A stretch of 64,000 nt of DNA from Limnothrix sp. BL-A-16 (GTDB taxonomy: Bacteria > Cyanobacteriota > Cyanobacteriia > CACIAM-69d): the NCBI GenBank assembly GCA_041937175.2, contig CP166615.1, positions 3,200,001 to 3,264,000 on the forward strand, read 5' to 3'. The notes beneath the pieces were generated by a model that saw nothing but the letters and a program-made list of their open reading frames with translations, was not told where the DNA came from and ran no database searches. The position numbers were made by a program, and so were the translations under genes. How positions within the stretch are numbered: position 1 is the stretch's first letter; each line of letters starts with the position of its first letter. Shown piece by piece: positions 44,182 through 54,794 of the stretch.

Positions 44182-45243
44182 CTAAGGCTCTTCGATCGCG
44201 GGTTGATCGCGCCGTTGCACCCCTAACCCTGGCTCGATCGGGGGCAACAACCGACCACCGGGCGCGATCGCCGCGCCCACAAAGGGATCGTCCATCAAGT
44301 TCAGATGACTATCCAAGTCCAAGTAGTCGGCCCAGGGGCCCAAATGCAGGGCAGCGGTGTTGGCCAAGGCACTGTCGGAGTAGCAGCCAAACATCACTTG
44401 CAAGCCACAGGCCCGCGCCGTGGCCACCAGCCCTTTGGCCGCCGTCAGTCCGCCGGATTTCATCAGCTTGATGTTGATGCCGTGGATGTGGGGCGCAAGC
44501 TGCGGAATATCTCGCTCATCAAAACAGCTTTCATCCACAAAAATCGGCAGGGGCGATCGCGCCTTTAGTTCCGCCAGTTGGGCTTCTTGGCCCACGGGCA
44601 AGGGCTGTTCCAGATACACCACGCCCCGATCGGCCAACCAGCGGGCCATTTCGATCGCCCCGGCCAAGTCCCAGCCCCCATTGGCATCCACCAAAATCTT
44701 GGCCGCTGGTGCTTCCGCCAACACGGCCTCCACCAGGGCCCGATCGGCCGCCAACCCCTCAGGGCTACCGAGCTTCAGCTTCAGCCAAGGGGTTGCAATC
44801 ACCGATCGCCACTGTTGAACCCGCTCCCGGGCCGCCGCCGGAGAGCCAATCCCGATCGTGACGGAAATGGGCGGAATCCGTGCCCGATCGCCCCCCCACA
44901 GTTGCCACAGGGACAACCCCGATCGCTTGCCCACCCAGTCCCACAGGGCCAGATCGATCGCCGCCCGGGCCGCCGAAGGCAGTGAGCGCACCCGATCGGC
45001 AATTTGCTGGCGATCGAGCGGGTGGCAGCCGGCCAGTTTTGGCCCGATCGACTCCAGAGCTTTGGCCAAGGCCTCAGTGGTTTGGGCGTGGGCCCCATGC
45101 ACCACCGGGGAAGCCTCGCCCCACCCTTCGTAGCCCTCTGCAAAGATCCGCAGCCAGAGATTGGTGTTGCCGTGGTTGGTGCCGCGACTGATGGTGAGGG
45201 GCGATCGCTTGGTGACCGTGAAACGTTCGACGCAAATTTGCAT
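44182..45243 (-). CDS. Dipeptide (L-Ala-D/L-Glu) epimerase, enolase superfamily
   Basis: GWGEA, KLKLG, VDANGGW, LEQP, VDES, NIKLMKSGG, DLDSH. Confidence 0.9.
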   Translation of the reverse strand: MQICVERFTVTKRSPLTISRGTNHGNTNLWLRIFAEGYEGWGEASPVVHGAHAQTTEALAKALESIGPKLAGCHPLDRQQIADRVRSLPSAARAAIDLALWDWVGKRSGLSLWQLWGGDRARIPPISVTIGIGSPAAARERVQQWRSVIATPWLKLKLGSPEGLAADRALVEAVLAEAPAAKILVDANGGWDLAGAIEMARWLADRGVVYLEQPLPVGQEAQLAELKARSPLPIFVDESCFDERDIPQLAPHIHGINIKLMKSGGLTAAKGLVATARACGLQVMFGCYSDSALANTAALHLGPWADYLDLDSHLNLMDDPFVGAAIAPGGRLLPPIEPGLGVQRRDQPAIEEP

Positions 45244-45406
45244 TGCGAGGGAGGAGGGTAATAAATGGCTAGGGGGCGACCCATACCCGATCGCCCCATT
45301 AATCAAACGTTAATCCGCCATTAACCCATCCAACTGTGCTCAGGCAACCTCTTGCAAACTCTTTCAATCGCCCTGATGCAAGTGTGCCAAGATCCCCTAA
45401 ACTCTA

Positions 45407-45425
45407 ATTGAATAGTTTTCTCAAT
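45407..45425. promoter_or_regulatory. Putative Fur-type box ATTGAATAGTTTTCTCAAT
   Basis: 19-bp ATTGA-N9-TCAAT inverted repeat upstream of a ferredoxin-like gene. Confidence 0.5.
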
Positions 45426-45511
45426 AAATCAAGCCTGATGGGCTGAAGCGGGGGTGGCGATCGACGTGCCCCCTTTGTTTAGCCTCCCTTATTGCAAATC
45501 TTTCTGGATAG

Positions 45512-46348
45512 TTGGAGGACTTCGTGAAGCCGTTTTCGTTCGATCGCCCCTTGCATAACGCCCATAATCCTTTCAACCCCGCCACGCCCCCTCGGCTTGG
45601 GCTGCAATCGGTCTTTTATCCCTTTAAAAAACGCCAATTTTTCCAACTGAGCGGTCGCATTTGTGCCACCCACACGGACAAGGCCGGCCGCTGCAAGGCG
45701 CTTCAACTCGAAACCGACGGACGCATCGAACAGATCAAGCTGGCCAAGCCGTTGCGATCGCGCCTGGGCCACACCTTGCATGTGGGCAGTTGGGTTTCCC
45801 TGGCGGGCACGGCCAAATGTCATCCCCACAAAGGGTGGGTGAAGTTCAAGGCCAAGGCCCTCACGGGATCTTCGGTGCAACCCATGGAACCCATGGGGCG
45901 ATCGCCCTTCAGTCGTTCGGCCAATTTGCCCTGGACTCGGCAACCGGCAGCGCCCCCAACGCGCCCCGCTGCGGCTCCCATGCCCCAACGGGCCCCCTTC
46001 GCGCCGCCCGCACAGTCCACCTCACCCGATCGGTCATTTGCGCGCCCAACCGATCGCTCAACCGATTGCTCAACCACGGGCCCTTCCAACCGCCCCGTCG
46101 GCAGAATTCTGATTTGTCAAAAGTCCAGTTGTCGGAAGCGGGGCAGCGATGGCGTTTGCCGGGCCATTAACCAGGCGTTAGCCGATCGGGGACTGAGCGA
46201 TCGGGTCAAGGTACAAACCACGGGCTGTCTCAAGGAATGTAGCCGCGGCCCGGCGGTGGTGACCCTTCCGGACAAAACCCGCCACACCCGGATCTCGCCC
46301 GATCGGATCCCCGAGCTGATTGAAACCCACTTCGGGCAACTGTCTTAG
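45512..46348 (+). CDS. Thioredoxin-like (2Fe-2S) ferredoxin domain protein; start uncertain
   Basis: C-terminal ILICQKSSC...TTGCLKECSRGP Cys pattern. Confidence 0.78.
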   Translation: MEDFVKPFSFDRPLHNAHNPFNPATPPRLGLQSVFYPFKKRQFFQLSGRICATHTDKAGRCKALQLETDGRIEQIKLAKPLRSRLGHTLHVGSWVSLAGTAKCHPHKGWVKFKAKALTGSSVQPMEPMGRSPFSRSANLPWTRQPAAPPTRPAAAPMPQRAPFAPPAQSTSPDRSFARPTDRSTDCSTTGPSNRPVGRILICQKSSCRKRGSDGVCRAINQALADRGLSDRVKVQTTGCLKECSRGPAVVTLPDKTRHTRISPDRIPELIETHFGQLS

Positions 46349-46887
46349 GGTTTATCCTCCAATTCCTCAAACCCTGATGCCACCGTTAGCCGATCGGGGA
46401 GAACAAGGGGCTGAAGGCTTGTCGCTCAATAGTCCACAACCCTGATGCCACCGTTAGCCGATCGGGGAGAACAAGGGGCTGAAGGCTTGTCGCTCAATAG
46501 TCCACAACCCTGATGCCACCGTTAGCCGATCAAGGGACTGAAGGCTTGTCGCTCAATAGTCCACAACCCTGATGCCACCGTTAGCCGATCAGGGGGGACA
46601 AGGGGCTGAAGGCTTGTCGCTCAATAGTCCACAACCCTGATGCCACCGTTAGCCGATCAGGGGGGACAAGGGGCTGAAGGCTTGTCGCTCAATAGTCCAC
46701 AACCCTGATGCCACCGTTAGCCGATCGGGGAGAACAAGGGGCTGAAGGCTTGTCGCTCAATAGTCCACAACCCTGATGCCACCGTTAGCCGATCAGGGGG
46801 GACAAGGGGCTTAAGCCCCTTGTTACGACGATTGGGGCATAGAAAATTAACCATTTCTGCTGGATTCCAGGAACAAGCGACAGGCTC
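46348..46887 (+). repeat. 68-bp tandem array (7 core copies, one with a 9-bp deletion) of the MITE left half, ending in a full MITE
   Basis: ACCCTGATGCCACCGTTAGCCGATC cores at 46371, 46439, 46507, 46566, 46634, 46702, 46770; palindrome at 46803. Confidence 0.9.
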
Positions 46888-47192
46888 TAGGGTCTGTCGT
46901 TTTCTTTCTGAAACCCTGATGTTTGCGTCGCGAGACCTGGAAAAACAGAGGCATTGCCGAGAGAACTCGCATTTTGGTAACTAACCAATGCAAAGTTCTA
47001 CAGTCTGTTAAAAATTGCGAGCGATCGGTCACAACTCCTTTCCATCTCAGGATTTCACCGATATTCTGGGGTTCAGAAGCGGTAGATAAAAATCGAGTTG
47101 GATCTTCTCGGCGGGGGTGTGTAACATCTCTGCCGATTGTTTTTCTCAGTTCCTCAACCGTTCTTGATCCGTTTCTCAAGGTTTTCCAACTT

Positions 47193-47579
47193 ATGAAGCA
47201 GTCGATGATGTCTCTGCCGGCGATCGCCTTGGCCATTGGACTCGGTTTGGCAGTTCCAGTGATTGAAAGCGCGATCACTCCGTCGGTGGTTTTGGCCCAA
47301 AGCTTGCCCACCGGCACATTTTCCGATGGGGAATGGACGGTGCGCCTTGCTTACCAAGGCAACGCTCTTACCTATTACGGCCGCAATGAAAATAGCGGGG
47401 ATTCATTGTTTTTGAGCGGGGCTTCCGTGGGCGGCAATGCCAGCCGCCGCACCTACACCTGGAACAATAGCGGCCATCGCTATCGAGTGAGCTGGCAACC
47501 GTCGGATCCAGACACGATTCGGGTGGAAGTGTTTTCGCCCAATGGTCGCAACATTCTGAATCGACTGCTGTATCGCTAG
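47193..47579 (+). CDS. Small secreted hypothetical protein
   Basis: Signal-peptide-like N-terminus; beta-rich YTWNNSGHRYRVSWQPSDPDTIRVEVFSPNG. Confidence 0.7.
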   Translation: MKQSMMSLPAIALAIGLGLAVPVIESAITPSVVLAQSLPTGTFSDGEWTVRLAYQGNALTYYGRNENSGDSLFLSGASVGGNASRRTYTWNNSGHRYRVSWQPSDPDTIRVEVFSPNGRNILNRLLYR

Positions 47580-47619
47580 GGTTGCAAGACCTGGGAATGA
47601 TCGCCAGAGTGATGCCCTC

Positions 47620-48174
47620 TCAAAACAACAGGCGCGATCGCAGTCGGTCTCCCCATTGATTGAGCTGCTCTAGCCACTGACCACCCCGATCGCGCCATTG
47701 TTGCCAAGTTTCCGCTAAATTCACCAGTCGATCGACCCGCAGATCCACATTTTGGGTCGGGTACTTTTGCAGTAACTCCAACAGGGAAACTTGACCGTCA
47801 TTCTCCGCCGCGGCCATCAGGGCCCGGCGGAGATTTTGATGGTTGTCGGTGCGTTTGGGCCCTTGCAACACCTGGCTCAACTGCTCCAACAGGATTGCGC
47901 CCTGGGAACTGGCCAGGGCCCGATCGAGCAACCCAGCAGGCATGGTCACCCGTTGGGTCAAAATTTGGCGCACCCGATCGGGTCGTTGCTGGCTCAGGAT
48001 CAAATAGGTTTCCAAATCATCCGAGAGTTCTCCCCGATCGGCCCAAGTCACCAAATCGGTGACCGGCAAGGCTCCCCCCAAAGGGCCGTAGCGCAGGGTG
48101 ATGGTTTCCGCCGCGATCGCGGGGCCAGTCCCGGCTCCCCAGGCGATCGCGAGGCTGGCGATCGAACCGGTCAT
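47620..48174 (-). CDS. DUF1400 (alpha/beta-hydrolase-associated) secreted protein; start uncertain
   Basis: AIAAETITLRYGPL...LRRALMAAAENDGQVSLLELLQKYPT. Confidence 0.75.
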   Translation of the reverse strand: MTGSIASLAIAWGAGTGPAIAAETITLRYGPLGGALPVTDLVTWADRGELSDDLETYLILSQQRPDRVRQILTQRVTMPAGLLDRALASSQGAILLEQLSQVLQGPKRTDNHQNLRRALMAAAENDGQVSLLELLQKYPTQNVDLRVDRLVNLAETWQQWRDRGGQWLEQLNQWGDRLRSRLLF

Positions 48175-48238
48175 CCAACGGGCCAGGGCGCGATCGGGTA
48201 GCCGGGCGTGATGAATGGAATCAAGGCGAGCTGCTCGC

Positions 48239-49090
48239 TTAGGTCGATCGAGACAGGGGCGATCGGGAAGAAAGGTCGGCACTGGAATTGGAATTGGATG
48301 AAGAAGGGTCGCGGGAAGAGTTGGGGAACGCGGGCAATTCATGAACCGACTCAGCGGGAGGATTCAGGGGCGGAGCCGGAGCCACCCGCTGGGCCGGACG
48401 GGGCAAATCATCACGCCAAGGGCCCAGCAGTTGCACCGAAACCCAGGCATAGCCCGCATAGGCCGGAATGGTGACCGCCGCGAGCAGGGCGGCAATTCCC
48501 CAACCCCAATTGCGGAAGCCGGGCCCTTGGTATTGGGTGCGATAGGGATCAAAGGGCAGAGCTGATAAGTCCAGTTCGTCGCGCAAGTGCAGCGGCCGGC
48601 GAAATCGCACCCGGCGATCATCAAACTTTTCCAACAAAATCCAACCGGCCAGGGCTTCTTCGCGACAAAGTTGGGCAAAGGTGACAGGATTGGCAAAGAG
48701 GGGGCGCTTGGCGCGCACAATTTTGTATTCCCACTCGATCGCCTGGCGCTCCGAAGGCGCGGTGTCCAGGGGGGGCAAGGCGGCCACGGCCGGATCGATC
48801 GGGCGGTGCAAACTCCGCAAAAACTCAACGCAATCGATTAAGTCGGGCTGTGGTGCGAGGTCGCATTGTCCGGCGCTGGGGTCTACTGCCCGTAGCACCG
48901 ATGTGAAGTTTTGGGGCGATCGGCTGGCGGGGGAACGGGGCATCCGGCGCGTGGGCCACAAGGGCACCTCACGGGAATCGGTATCGTAATCATCGCGATC
49001 GTAATCATCGCGGTAATGATCAAAACCTTCTTCGCGAGCTTCATCCGCCGAGGGAAAGCCGGAAGCATCGGGGCCGGATTGCACCGTCAT
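48239..49090 (-). CDS. Conserved hypothetical protein with C-terminal TM
   Basis: WEYKIVRA..LF..P..F..LCREEALAGWILLEKFDDRRVRFRRP..R, DPYRT, TM helix. Confidence 0.65.
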   Translation of the reverse strand: MTVQSGPDASGFPSADEAREEGFDHYRDDYDRDDYDTDSREVPLWPTRRMPRSPASRSPQNFTSVLRAVDPSAGQCDLAPQPDLIDCVEFLRSLHRPIDPAVAALPPLDTAPSERQAIEWEYKIVRAKRPLFANPVTFAQLCREEALAGWILLEKFDDRRVRFRRPLHLRDELDLSALPFDPYRTQYQGPGFRNWGWGIAALLAAVTIPAYAGYAWVSVQLLGPWRDDLPRPAQRVAPAPPLNPPAESVHELPAFPNSSRDPSSSNSNSSADLSSRSPLSRST

Positions 49091-49124
49091 TGCTGCTGAA
49101 GCCTGTTGGAATGCGTATGGTGGA

Positions 49125-50291
49125 ATGCGTATGGTGAAATGCGTACCGTGGAAGATGTATCCGCTTTGGGCATTGGGTGGCGAGATGGGCCTCATTGTAT
49201 CTGAGATATTTGCGTTGGTCGGTGGTGGGCTGGGCCAGACCCGGAGCCAGGAAACGGGTGATCGATCGACCCTTCAGCGATCGATCATTCAGGGGCGATC
49301 GGCCCCTTGGCGCTGGTTGCTTTGGGGGGCGATCGCCCTGGGGCCCGTTCTGATGCCCATCACCCATGCCCAAGCCGCTGAACCACCCACCCCCGAGGGC
49401 AACAGCAACCCCTGCGGCCCAGCGGTGCTCGATCGACTGGTTCGCCATCGGTTGGCCGCCGGAGAAACCGTCGAAAGCCTCGCCAGTCGCTATAACCTGC
49501 TGCCCAGCACCCTGCTGGCCCTGAATCCCAACCTGCGGGGCGGCCAACTGCCCAAACCCGGCACGGAAATTTTGATTGCTCCCATTAACGGAATTCGGGT
49601 GGAAACCCAACCGGGCGACAATTGGCAGTCGATCGCCCAGCAATACCGCGTTCGGGCCGACTCCCTGTTTACGGTCAATGGTTGCCAGGCCCAACCGGGT
49701 CGATCGGTCTTTGTGCCCGGTGTGCTTTGGTCCCCGATCGACCCTGGAGTCAGCGCACCCCCCAGCGCCAGCGACCCGGACAACGACCTGCTGCGCTATC
49801 CCCTGTCGGAAATTAGCCGCCCCCTAACGGACTTTGGCTGGCAAGTGGGGCCCACCGGAGCCGCCGTCTTTAACAGTTACATCACCCTCGAAGCCCGACC
49901 CAGCGCCGTCGTCCTGGCCGTTGGGCCCGGAACCGTCGCCTTTGTGGGCCCCAACTCCGGCTATCCAGGGCAACTGGTGGTGGTCAACCATCAGGGCGGC
50001 CGCCAAACCCGCTATGCCAACCTGGGGGCCACCTCCGTCCAGCGCGGGCAACGGGTCAACGCGGGCAGTCGCCTGGGCACGATCCCCAGCCGCCCCGCCA
50101 ACGGCCGCAGCCGTGGCCTGTGGTTTGAAGTTCGCTACAACTCCTCCGTGGGCTGGGTGGCGCAAAATCCTGGCCCCTATCTGCAACGGATGGAACCGGC
50201 GCGATCGACCCCGCCCAGCTCCACCGCCCCCACTGGCAACCGACCCAGCCCGCGCCCAAGTCCGCCCCGTAACGGTTCCAGCAATCGATGA
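49125..50291 (+). CDS. LysM + M23 peptidase-like protein; true start probably downstream
   Basis: HRLAAGETVESLASRYNL..TLLALNP LysM; GQLVVVNH.GGRQTRYANL..V..GQRV; canonical Zn ligands appear altered. Confidence 0.8.
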   Translation: MRMVKCVPWKMYPLWALGGEMGLIVSEIFALVGGGLGQTRSQETGDRSTLQRSIIQGRSAPWRWLLWGAIALGPVLMPITHAQAAEPPTPEGNSNPCGPAVLDRLVRHRLAAGETVESLASRYNLLPSTLLALNPNLRGGQLPKPGTEILIAPINGIRVETQPGDNWQSIAQQYRVRADSLFTVNGCQAQPGRSVFVPGVLWSPIDPGVSAPPSASDPDNDLLRYPLSEISRPLTDFGWQVGPTGAAVFNSYITLEARPSAVVLAVGPGTVAFVGPNSGYPGQLVVVNHQGGRQTRYANLGATSVQRGQRVNAGSRLGTIPSRPANGRSRGLWFEVRYNSSVGWVAQNPGPYLQRMEPARSTPPSSTAPTGNRPSPRPSPPRNGSSNR

Positions 50292-50381
50292 CGGTTGGTC
50301 TTCGCTTCTGAATTGACCGCGATCGCCCGACCCGATAAGGTTCTAGGAGGAAATTTCTAGCGCAATAGGCAACCCCGAACC

Positions 50382-51107
50382 TTGGCTAAGACCGTCATTG
50401 CAGGCAACTGGAAAATGTATAAAACCCAGGCCGAAACCCTGGAGTTTTTGAAGCCCTTCGTTGAGCAAATCGCCGAAACCCCGGACGATCGCGAAATTGT
50501 GCTGTGCGTTCCCTTCACGGATCTCAGCGTGCTGTCCAATGCTCTTCACGGCAGCCGCATCCGCATCGGCGCGCAAAACGTCCATTGGGAAGCCAACGGA
50601 GCCTACACCGGCGAAATTTCGGCTGAAATGCTGACCGAACTGGGTGTTCGCTACGTGGTGGTGGGCCACAGCGAACGGCGGCAATATTTTGGTGAAACCG
50701 ACGAAACCGTCAACCGCCGATTGAAGGCGGCCCAAGCGGCCGGTTTGATCCCGATTTTGTGTGTGGGCGAAACCAAACAACAGCGCGACGCAGGCGAAAC
50801 CCAAACCCACATTGCCCAACAATTGAAGGCGGGGTTGGTGGGCGTGAACCTGAGCAATTTGGTGATTGCCTATGAACCCATTTGGGCGATCGGCACCGGG
50901 GACACCTGCGAATCCAAAGAGGCCAACCGAGTGATTGGCTGGATTCGCGATCAACTCAATGGTGAAGACTTGCCGATTCAATACGGCGGTTCCGTCAAGC
51001 CCGAGTTGATTGATGAAATCATGGCCCAACCGGAAATTAACGGTGTGTTGGTTGGTGGCGCGAGCCTTGACCCGATCGGCTTTGCTCGGATTGTGAACTA
51101 TCAATAA
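50382..51107 (+). CDS. tpiA: Triosephosphate isomerase (TTG start)
   Basis: [46 protein letters not shown]. Confidence 0.98.
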   Translation: MAKTVIAGNWKMYKTQAETLEFLKPFVEQIAETPDDREIVLCVPFTDLSVLSNALHGSRIRIGAQNVHWEANGAYTGEISAEMLTELGVRYVVVGHSERRQYFGETDETVNRRLKAAQAAGLIPILCVGETKQQRDAGETQTHIAQQLKAGLVGVNLSNLVIAYEPIWAIGTGDTCESKEANRVIGWIRDQLNGEDLPIQYGGSVKPELIDEIMAQPEINGVLVGGASLDPIGFARIVNYQ

Positions 51108-51175
51108 TTGCCATCGTTATTGTCACAATCTGCTCCATTGCTTTTCCCTGTTTCTCTCATCAACTGCTAACCAAT

Positions 51176-51218
51176 AGGCAGGCGATCGGGTCGGAATATC
51201 CGCTTGATCGCCTGCTTT
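51176..51218. terminator. Hairpin between convergent tpiA and protease genes
   Basis: GCAGGCGATCGGG...CTTGATCGCCTGC stem followed by TTT. Confidence 0.5.
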
Positions 51219-51257
51219 CGTTATGATTTCTCGTGTGTGATTTTTAGCGCATGACTC

Positions 51258-54236
51258 TTAGCGCGTCGCCACATCCTCCGCCTCACTCAAGAACTCATCA
51301 TAGGTCAGGCGGATAAATCCATCCTTGCGGGGTGGAGTCAGCTTATTGCCATCACCATCCCCACTCACCCCCGCAGTTCCACCGTTATCCTGTCCGTGGG
51401 GATTGAAGACCACCACGTAGCGCTGCCCACCTTCTTCAAAAGCATCAGTCACCGTGTAGGCATGGCTGCCATAGAGCAATGACACCTTCTTCGGTGTGGA
51501 AGCGGTCACAGTCAGCCCGCCCGCCAGAGCGTCCCGAATGATTTCAAAGGTATAACCGGGATTGCCATCCTCCTCCGGCTTGTTGGTGTAGCGCGTTGGT
51601 TTGCCACCCAGCACATGGCCTTGGGCTTCGGCTTCTGAGCCACCATTGCCCATCTTGTCGTAGCTACCCAACCACTGGGCATAGGCACGCTCCATCACCA
51701 CGGGCCAGAGGATATTGTTGGGATCCTCAGGGTTTTGGGTGCGGGTTGAACCCGCAATCTTGCCTTCATTGGTGATGAAAGTTTGGTCAACCGTCACATA
51801 CTCTGCCCGTCCGGTTTGCGAATTGAAGAATCGCACCGTATAGGTTTGGTCGCCATTATTGGTAATCGCATCCAAAATGGTCTGCGATGTACCGGAACCC
51901 CGGAAGGGATTCTCTTCAGACGAGGGGCCCAAAGGTTGGCGACGGAATGTTGATCCCAAGGCAGCGATGTAATAGCAATTGCCGAATGGCTCCTGGGCCA
52001 AATCGCCAATGATCGGTTGTCCCCTCGTGCCGTAGAGCGTTCCTTGAACGGGCTGATAGGTGAAGGTTGTGGTTGAAGGGTTGCTTTCTGATGAGAATGT
52101 ATCTGTCCAAGTTGGTGTTGGACGCACTTGCCCTAAGAACCAGTTGCCCACCACATCGTCGTTGAAACTACTGGCGCTAATTCCCTCGGCGGCCACCTCG
52201 CCTGCAACTTTGCCGGCCAGGTAACGAACCGGGGCGGGCACATCGAAGGCATCTGTGGAACGAGAGAGGGTTTCCAGGTCAGCCGATTCACTGGCATCAA
52301 TTTGCCCATCGGCACTCATCACTTGGTAAATCGCCAAATAGTCAGCGCGATCGAGCAATTCATCATTGGCCCGGGTTTGTACTTCCGTCCGCACACCGTC
52401 ACTCTTGAGGGCCCCGAGGTAAGTGTTCAAGCTCGGGCGGGCCCGCTGTACCGTGTTGCTGCCGGGAGCGGCCGTGACCGTGAAGGCTCCCACTTGCTCT
52501 TCGATCGAGCTGCTGACGCGTACCAGATAATTGCGTCCCGCTTCCGGCGTAAACGTAAGCTGGGAATTCACATTATTCGGGAAACTGATGTCGTCATTGT
52601 CGGCAACCACTAATCCCGAAGCGGCATCCACCACCTCTAGGTGAGGATCCAGAGCCGTGGAGGAGAGGTTCAGTTGCACCGCCTGCCCCGCTGTCACACC
52701 GGTCAGGTTGTAATCAGCCCGATAGAAACCTTCGGCCTTCGGAGAACCACCGGACAGGGAACCGCTGAGACTTTGCCCCAAACCCAAACTGCCAGCCAGC
52801 GTGCTGGAGCCGGTGACGCTGACGCTGAAATCACCCACGGCGCTGACACCCGTAACAAAGCTGGTGACCCGTAGCGTGTAGTCCGTATCGGGTTTGGCGG
52901 TGAAACTCAGACCCGCATTCTTGGTGGTGGGGCTACCGTTGTCATTTTCGGCAACCACCTGGCCGGTCGCTTCATCAATGATTTGTACTGCCGGATCAAA
53001 ACCATTGCGACCGGCAACAGTGATGTCAACTTTTTGATTGCCAACCACATCCGTCAGGAAGAAGTCCTGAGATCTCGCACCGCCTGCTCTGGTGGGGTTC
53101 AAGGCGCTGGTGTTGGTCAGAGAGCCACTAGTGGTTTGGCCTGGCGCAACCGTTTCAATCGTTTCATTCCCCGTGGAACCGCTACCCAGGGCTTCCAAAT
53201 CTAGGCTATAGGTGGTGTTGGCTGCTGAGGTGACACGAGCAAAGTAAGTGCCAGCAAACTGTTGTGGGAAGTAGATTTCACCAGTCTGCCCAGGCGTGGC
53301 GATCGTTGATTCCAGCATTTCGCCCCCGTCCAGACGACCGTTATTGTTTAGGTCGCGGAACAGTTCTAGGGTGGCTGGCGCACTGTTTTGGTAAAGGAAT
53401 AGGCCAAAGTCGCGGTTGCGATCCAGCGAGAAGCGGTACAAGTCACTCTTTCCAGGACTCAGGGTTCCTGTGCGGGTGTCAGTGCCACTGAGAGTTCCTG
53501 CATTGGTGGCGCTGCCTAGGGATAGCCCGATCGCGCTAGCCGGAGTCGCTACTGCTTTTTGCTGGAGAGCCAAATTAAAGTTTGTGTTCCCCTCAAACTG
53601 ATACACGTCCAGAAAATACTGGCCGGGGAACAGATTCAGCGTCAGGGATTCAGCAGCAGTGCCTTCGTTTTCCGAGAAGATCAATTCTTCTTCTGGTTCA
53701 AACAGGCGGTTTTTGTTTAAGTCTTGCCACAGGGACAGATCTGAATCGGCACTCAGGCCACTCAATGTGGCCGAGAGGGTTGAGGTTTCACGAATGCCCA
53801 GCTCATAGCTAACAATCGGCTGGTCATCATTAATGCGACCGGACAAGGTGCGCGTTCCCGTCAAGGGGTCAAGGCTGGTGGTAGGCACCTCCACGATCGG
53901 CTGCGGTTGAATGCTCTTGTAGCCAAACCGAGCCAGGGCCGCCGCCAGCAATTCTTCGTAGCGTTTGTTGTCTCGCCTGATGCGCTCGCTCGATTCGCCT
54001 GTCAGGGGATCTACGCCCTCTGGAAGTGTTGCACTGCCTCCCTCTGTGAGCAAGGTTGTGGAGTTCACGAACAAATCGCTAGAAATACCGCCTAAAAAGC
54101 TCCCAACCTGATTGACACCCAAAAACTTTAGGGTATCTGTCAATGTGCCATTAGGAACAATTGCACCCTGATTTCCACTGAGTGCTTCGGTCGATCGTTG
54201 CGTTGCATCGATCGATCCAAAAAGATCGCTATTCAT
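51258..54236 (-). CDS. Large protein with several PPC-like beta domains and a C-terminal calpain-like (C2) cysteine protease
   Basis: Repeated D(P/S)xLxxxDxxxG..VAxNDD/ND modules; catalytic Q..GNCYYIAAL, HAY, NPHG. Confidence 0.8.
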   Translation of the reverse strand: MNSDLFGSIDATQRSTEALSGNQGAIVPNGTLTDTLKFLGVNQVGSFLGGISSDLFVNSTTLLTEGGSATLPEGVDPLTGESSERIRRDNKRYEELLAAALARFGYKSIQPQPIVEVPTTSLDPLTGTRTLSGRINDDQPIVSYELGIRETSTLSATLSGLSADSDLSLWQDLNKNRLFEPEEELIFSENEGTAAESLTLNLFPGQYFLDVYQFEGNTNFNLALQQKAVATPASAIGLSLGSATNAGTLSGTDTRTGTLSPGKSDLYRFSLDRNRDFGLFLYQNSAPATLELFRDLNNNGRLDGGEMLESTIATPGQTGEIYFPQQFAGTYFARVTSAANTTYSLDLEALGSGSTGNETIETVAPGQTTSGSLTNTSALNPTRAGGARSQDFFLTDVVGNQKVDITVAGRNGFDPAVQIIDEATGQVVAENDNGSPTTKNAGLSFTAKPDTDYTLRVTSFVTGVSAVGDFSVSVTGSSTLAGSLGLGQSLSGSLSGGSPKAEGFYRADYNLTGVTAGQAVQLNLSSTALDPHLEVVDAASGLVVADNDDISFPNNVNSQLTFTPEAGRNYLVRVSSSIEEQVGAFTVTAAPGSNTVQRARPSLNTYLGALKSDGVRTEVQTRANDELLDRADYLAIYQVMSADGQIDASESADLETLSRSTDAFDVPAPVRYLAGKVAGEVAAEGISASSFNDDVVGNWFLGQVRPTPTWTDTFSSESNPSTTTFTYQPVQGTLYGTRGQPIIGDLAQEPFGNCYYIAALGSTFRRQPLGPSSEENPFRGSGTSQTILDAITNNGDQTYTVRFFNSQTGRAEYVTVDQTFITNEGKIAGSTRTQNPEDPNNILWPVVMERAYAQWLGSYDKMGNGGSEAEAQGHVLGGKPTRYTNKPEEDGNPGYTFEIIRDALAGGLTVTASTPKKVSLLYGSHAYTVTDAFEEGGQRYVVVFNPHGQDNGGTAGVSGDGDGNKLTPPRKDGFIRLTYDEFLSEAEDVATR

Positions 54237-54794
54237 AAACTATGCTAAGCCCCAAAAGAGTACTGGAGAGATTAAGCCAGTGACTTTAGCTGCGGCAACG
54301 ATTATTCCAACCGATCGTGCAAAAAATCACTAACGTCTCCGTGCCAGATTTAGCCGCTCATGCTAACAGCCCATCATCTGGAATGGGTTTAGTGTTACAA
54401 GAGTGTTACGCCCAAAATCGCCTAAATTAACCGAAAACAGTTCCTGAGTCCATATTCAGGCGATTTTCAGGCTGAAGACTTATTCATCAATCAGACTGAA
54501 ATTAGATCAGGAGTAAGTTAAGTTTCATTAATTAGCCAATGAATTGTCATCAATCAAGAATCAAATGATCAAATTTTTAATTGGATAATTGCCAATAAAA
54601 TTAGATCACAAACTTCATTGAAAATTCGATGATCAATCTGGCAGTTGAATTGTCAATACATTTGCCAAATCGTCAATCAATTTTTAATCAAATCAATGAA
54701 TGATTGAGCTAATCACTTGTCAAGTCAGATTTATTTGAAAATCATCTCGATTTTTCAGTACCTCACTGCCACTTCATCTCCATCTACTTGTTGG

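Noticed and set aside
46371..46800. Tandem array as a second CRISPR
   Set aside because: Units are near-identical end to end with no unique spacers and match the MITE left half.
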